DNA from: Elusimicrobiota bacterium
GTDB taxonomy: Bacteria; Elusimicrobiota; UBA8919
Assembly: GCA_043816185.1 (NCBI GenBank)
Contig: JBDRIG010000103.1
Location: 1-20,125, forward strand
Direction: 5' to 3'
DNA: 20,125 bases
Shown here: positions 16,320 to 20,125 of the stretch, one piece after another
Layout: each line of letters opens with the position of its first letter
Position numbering within the stretch: the stretch's first letter is position 1
Position numbers and translations under genes: made by a program
The notes under the pieces: generated by a model
Databases searched by the model: none
The model's input: the letters and a program-made list of their open reading frames with translations, nothing else
What the model was told of the DNA's origin: nothing

Positions 16320-17339
16320 TTATTTTACAAGACGACACAGATTACCGCGAGTTGGTTTTGTTCCGCTTACCACTTTTGCGGTAGAACCATTTTCTCCGAA
16401 GTAATCAACAACTTCTATCTCGCCAAGTTTTTCTTCAGTCCTGCCTATAACTAATCCAGTATCTGGACTTCTTATTTCTTTTCCCTGACTAAATATGGCC
16501 AACTTTGTACCGAGTTTCAAATTCGATTCCTGTCCTGCGTCAAGATAGATGCTATCTCCATCAACTTCAGCAACTCTGCAAGACCAAGGACGAGCATTTA
16601 TTTTATTTATGATATTGTCCACAAATTTCGCAATTGATGCACGGAGTGCTTCGCCTTCCAATGTTTCGTCGTATCCACCTTTTGTGCCCATTCCCAGAAA
16701 AGAACCTTTCGACGATTTTGCAATACCTTTTCCTGAATCAATATAAAGTATTTTACCTGTCTCAACTTCGATTACTCTAATATCAACTGTACATTCGGCA
16801 ACCTGCTGTTTTGACTGTGTTAAAAAATAATCAGAACCGCCAGTTTTCACGCCGAATTGTGAAATAGAACCAACGACAATAGCATCTAATCCTAATATTT
16901 TTCCCATCTGTGCAACAGTATTTGCATCAACTATACCTGTTGTTTGAAGTTTCTGCTCTTCCATAATTTTGTCAAGTTTTGCACGCTCAACAAGAATAAA
17001 CTTATCTGATTTTCCAAGTTCGGTTAAAAGGACATCGGAAGCAGCGGTTCCGAGTCGTCTTTGACCATATGCAGTTTTATTTTCAAACTCAACAACAGAG
17101 ATTTTTTTCTTCGGCGGAATATATGCATCTACTGGCTTATCAATTGTTATCGTCTGCGTTTTCTTCACAGTTGTTGAAGGAGCACAACCCGTAAAAGCAG
17201 TGAGTAGCAAACAAGTTATAGCGACGAATGTAAATCCGCTAATAAGTTGATTGATATCAACCGACGATAAGCATTTCTTTATCCCATCCATCAATTTCTT
17301 CGACTGCAACGAACCTACTCGGCATATTCCAGTTTTCAT
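16320..17339 (-). CDS. CsgG/HfaB-family lipoprotein with C-terminal FlgT-C-like domain
   Basis: Lipobox-like FTGC; ISVVEFENK, F.LVER.KLDKIMEEQ, GLDAIVVGSISQFG and VDIRVIEVETGKIL motifs; C-terminal IYLDAGQESNLKLG. Confidence 0.85.
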   Translation of the reverse strand: MKTGICRVGSLQSKKLMDGIKKCLSSVDINQLISGFTFVAITCLLLTAFTGCAPSTTVKKTQTITIDKPVDAYIPPKKKISVVEFENKTAYGQRRLGTAASDVLLTELGKSDKFILVERAKLDKIMEEQKLQTTGIVDANTVAQMGKILGLDAIVVGSISQFGVKTGGSDYFLTQSKQQVAECTVDIRVIEVETGKILYIDSGKGIAKSSKGSFLGMGTKGGYDETLEGEALRASIAKFVDNIINKINARPWSCRVAEVDGDSIYLDAGQESNLKLGTKLAIFSQGKEIRSPDTGLVIGRTEEKLGEIEVVDYFGENGSTAKVVSGTKPTRGNLCRLVK

Positions 17340-17980
17340 TTACTCCTCCTTAGAAGCGTTTGAACAGATGTATTTACTACTTCATTCGCTTCCGCTTTTA
17401 ATGGTGAACGCAATGCTTTATCAACCATTTTTTCGATAAGTTGATCAGCAAATGCTTTTCCAATATTTTCAAATTCAAACTTTTTGTGCGAGACTTTTCT
17501 TTCATCCTCCCATAAAAGTAATGTATTTTTTGCATCGAACAATTTAAAATTTGCTTGAACCGTTCTTGCAAAATAAAATCCGAGTGTTGTGTATTTAAAT
17601 TCAATTACGTCGCCATAAACGAGACCATCTACGTCAAGTTTTTCGCCAAGTTCTTTTGGATTTATCGTCGGTAATTGTCCTGCATCCGTTATTCCCATCT
17701 CTTGAAGCTTTGCATCAATCTCCTCAAAAGAAATTGTATTGTATCCAATAGCATCTAATCTTTTACCAAAAAGATATCTCAACAAAACAGGTGCATCAAA
17801 ATCTACCGATTGATTGGTGAAAGGAAGTATTGCAATTTTTTTTGGTGGTGAATAATTTTCAATAATATATTTTGCCTTCGGAGCACAAGACGACAAAAGC
17901 AAAACACAACAAGTAAGAATTACGAAACAAAGACTATGACCCCAACTTCTAAACTCTGAATTCTGAACTCTGAACCTCAT
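17336..17980 (-). CDS. DUF799/GNA1162-like lipoprotein
   Basis: Lipobox LLSSC; PKKIAILPFTNQS and LGEKLDVDGLVYGDVIEF motifs. Translationally coupled to the CsgG-like gene. Confidence 0.7.
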   Translation of the reverse strand: MRFRVQNSEFRSWGHSLCFVILTCCVLLLSSCAPKAKYIIENYSPPKKIAILPFTNQSVDFDAPVLLRYLFGKRLDAIGYNTISFEEIDAKLQEMGITDAGQLPTINPKELGEKLDVDGLVYGDVIEFKYTTLGFYFARTVQANFKLFDAKNTLLLWEDERKVSHKKFEFENIGKAFADQLIEKMVDKALRSPLKAEANEVVNTSVQTLLRRSK

Positions 17981-17983
17981 TTT

Positions 17984-18460
17984 TCACTCTCCTCTTGCCA
18001 TCGCAATAATACCAGTTCTTGCCATCTCTTTTATATTATAAGGTTTAAGTATGTTGATTAGTGCCTGTATTTTGTCCTCAGTACCAGTCATTTCCAATAT
18101 AACACTAATCGCGGATATATCAACAATTTTTGCTCTGAAAATATTTGCAATTTGAATAATTTCATTTTTTGCCGATTTGTCTGCTTTCACTTTTATTAAA
18201 ATCAAATCTCGTTCAATGTGTGCAGTATGTAAAAAATCGCTTACCTTGATTACGTCAATCAATTTATTGAGTTGTTTTTTGACTTGTTCCAAAATCGCTT
18301 CGTCACCTGAAACAACAATAGTCATTCTGGAAACGGTTGGGTCATCAGTTTCACCGACGGCAAGCGAGTCGATGTTGTAACCACGTGCTGCAAAGAGCGT
18401 GGAAATTCGCGTCAAAACTCCAGGCTTATTTTCAACCAAAACCGAAATCGTATGTTTCAT
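17984..18460 (-). CDS. ilvN: Acetolactate synthase small (regulatory) subunit
   Basis: [44 protein letters not shown]...[12 protein letters not shown]...EMARTG. True start 18460 (158 aa). Confidence 0.95.
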   Translation of the reverse strand: MKHTISVLVENKPGVLTRISTLFAARGYNIDSLAVGETDDPTVSRMTIVVSGDEAILEQVKKQLNKLIDVIKVSDFLHTAHIERDLILIKVKADKSAKNEIIQIANIFRAKIVDISAISVILEMTGTEDKIQALINILKPYNIKEMARTGIIAMARGE

Positions 18461-18487
18461 AGAACCTCCAAAACAAGCAACTTCATT

Positions 18488-18519
18488 GAGATTGCCACGG
18501 ACTCCGCACTCGCAATAAC
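18488..18519. repeat. Single GTYATTGCGAG...GTGGCAATCTC-type palindromic repeat
   Basis: Minus strand GTTATTGCGAGTGCGGAGTCCGTGGCAATCTC, with ATTGC/GCAAT arms, upstream of ilvN. Confidence 0.55.
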
Positions 18520-18595
18520 GACTTGTTGGTATTATCAAACATTTGTGAGACAGAACATTAACTACAATATTTTTACTATACAAAATTTTAATCTT

Positions 18596-18970
18596 TTACC
18601 TGTAAATATTTGCCCAAATGCTATGTTTAGAACTATTACTTTGTTCCCAAACTGCAATTCCATTACCATTATTATCCATAGCAATTTGTGGAGGTGCAAC
18701 GTCTTCATCCGTATTTTCAATCAGTTGAGCAGTTCCCCAACCAGTTCCTACTACATATCGATTTGCACAAATGCTATACTTAGATCTATCAAAATTATAT
18801 TGCTTCCACACCGCGATCCCATTACCATTTACATTCATCGCAATCTGTGGATCAAAAGTACTTCCTTCTCCGGTCTCAATTAATGCAGCACCCTCCCAAC
18901 CAGATCCTACCACGAAACGATTTGCCCAAACATTATACACCGTTCCATGTTGGTTCCAAATTGCAATTGC
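18596..18970 (-). pseudogene. 5'-truncated remnant of a ~50-aa repeat (beta-propeller-like) protein
   Basis: About 2.4 copies of IA(V/I)W.Q...WANR....GW..A.LIE...PQIAM..NGNG. The frame starts mid-repeat (AIAIWNQ at 18970) with no signal peptide. Confidence 0.6.
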
Positions 18971-19053
18971 AAATTGGCTATGTGCTAAGCCAATGATGTT
19001 ATTATCTCGTCAAGTGCCTTGCCAGCGGGAACCATAGGAAGCACATTTTCCTC

Positions 19054-19988
19054 TTACTTAAATAAGCTCATTTGTTCCTGTCGCACACTTTTGAAACCGA
19101 CTACTCCAAAGTTAGTAATAGCGGACTTGGCATAAGATTTATGCCCATTCTGATAATCTCTGCCAACATATTTAATATAAAATTCCATATCGTCGGAATT
19201 TAATTCTTCTACCAACCTGTGTAAATCACCGTCAAATTTTATGCAGTAACCGGCAAAAAATGTATACTTCTCTTTTTCCCAAACAATAAAATTGGGCTTT
19301 AAACTAAGAGGTGAAACAAGAATTTTTTTACCGAAAGAAGTATCCAATCCCTGTGAACGACCAAAAGCATACCAAGATACTGAATTGGGTTTTCCTTTGT
19401 CTCTTAAAAGTAATCTGTCTTTAATTTCCAAAAAATATTTATAGGTGTTGGGATATTCTTTTTTTAACTCCGCTTCCGGAATAATTGCGTGTTTGCCGTT
19501 TATTTTTTTGTAAGGAAAAATAACATACCTGTTTTGTTTATCCTCTGCTGATTTTAACACCGAAGCTTTTATAATGGGTTTTAATATGTTTTTTTCAATG
19601 GTGAACTCTCTGCCGTTTTTAAGTTTTACTGTAGCTTTATCTTTTTCAAAAATTGGATCCTTAAAAATATAAAAATCATCTGCCAGTGTCGTTATACCAA
19701 CATGAATTTTTGCTATTTTACCGAGCGGAATTCCCCGAATTTCAATGTTTCTTATTTTTTCTAAAACCTCATTTGAAGCAAAAGTCCATTTTTGATAATC
19801 CATATTGGCTAAATTAAGTTCGTCAATAAATTCTATTTTTTCTTTATTGCCTTCATAATAAGAGAACTTTTCTTTATTCCAATTTTTATCTAAAATTGTA
19901 ATTGCCGAATAAGTTGTTGCATTGTCAAATATCTGATGGTGGTTGAAGTTTATTATTTCCTTAACATATTTTTTATCCATAAGATAAT
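19054..19988 (-). pseudogene. 3' part of an N6-adenine DNA methyltransferase (Eco57I/TaqI-C-like), interrupted by IS
   Basis: IINFNHHQIFDNATTYSAITIL, LGKIAKIHVGITTLADDFYIF, YPNTYKYF and WYAFGRSQGL motifs. The SAM-binding and NPPY motifs are absent, and the first ~18 aa of the ORF-track protein are IS-derived. Confidence 0.78.
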
Positions 19989-19990
19989 TG

Positions 19991-20019
19991 TTGACTAACG
20001 ATACGTTAAGGTGTATAAT
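19991..20019 (+). promoter_or_regulatory. Sigma70-type promoter inside the IS end
   Basis: TTGACT (19991-19996)-17 nt-TATAAT (20014-20019). The spacer contains the palindrome TAACG-ata-CGTTA. Confidence 0.7.
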
Positions 20020-20027
20020 CTTGATGT

Positions 20028-20125
20028 ATGCAAACAAGTTCACATAAGAATGCTACCACGACTTTGGTTATAAGGAAATTGATTAAAGAAAGTTCATTTT
20101 CTGCATATGCTTTAGCCAAAAAATA
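20028..20125 (+). CDS. IS481-family-like transposase, N-terminal 32 aa (runs off the window)
   Basis: MQTSSHKNATTTLVIRKLIKESSFSAYALAKK, open to the end of the window. Confidence 0.7.
   Translation, partial: MQTSSHKNATTTLVIRKLIKESSFSAYALAKK

Larger units (their letters stand above)
19989..20125 (+). mobile_element. Left end of an IS481-family-like insertion sequence (copy 2, reading out of the window)
   Basis: TGT terminus, TTGACT-17-TATAAT promoter and transposase-like ORF from 20028. Identical to the reverse complement of 1-137. Confidence 0.8.

Noticed and set aside
16183..16404. 73-aa + strand ORF
   Set aside because: It starts inside MITE B and runs antisense into the CsgG-like gene. 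The equivalent frame in MITE A has a TAG stop after a few codons.
17304..17319. AGTAGGTTCGYYGCAG shared between the CsgG 5' region (minus) and 13363-13378 (plus)
   Set aside because: It is a short 14/16 match with no hairpin partner and cannot be separated from chance.
18461..18583. 41-aa N-terminal extension of IlvN
   Set aside because: It crosses a REP, and both a GGAGG RBS and family homology place the start at 18460.

Overview
AT-rich bacterial segment in which every intact gene is on the minus strand. Gene content (PorV-like barrel, YPNP-type sorting-domain protein, CsgG-like lipoprotein, lipid A genes) suggests a diderm organism such as Elusimicrobiota (inference only). Both ends carry the same 137-bp IS left end in inverted orientation (TGT terminus, near-consensus promoter, IS481-like transposase N-terminus). 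One copy truncates an AAA+ ATPase and the other a restriction-modification methyltransferase. Between them lie a propeller-repeat remnant, an orphan ilvN, a lipoprotein/CsgG pair, a fibre-like repeat protein, a small T9SS-CTD-like protein, a PorV-TPR fusion, a TPR protein, a HAMP adenylate cyclase, an LpxL-like acyltransferase, tRNA-Ser(CGA), thiL, an ArnT-like GT-C, lpxB, an ICMT-family methyltransferase, galT and a GT4 remnant. Non-coding highlights are a self-contained ~72-nt hairpin RNA candidate on the + strand (13573-13644) with its own promoter and U-tract, a 113-bp MITE family sitting next to GTAG REPs, several REP families, and short tandem repeats or palindromes embedded in-frame in coding sequences.
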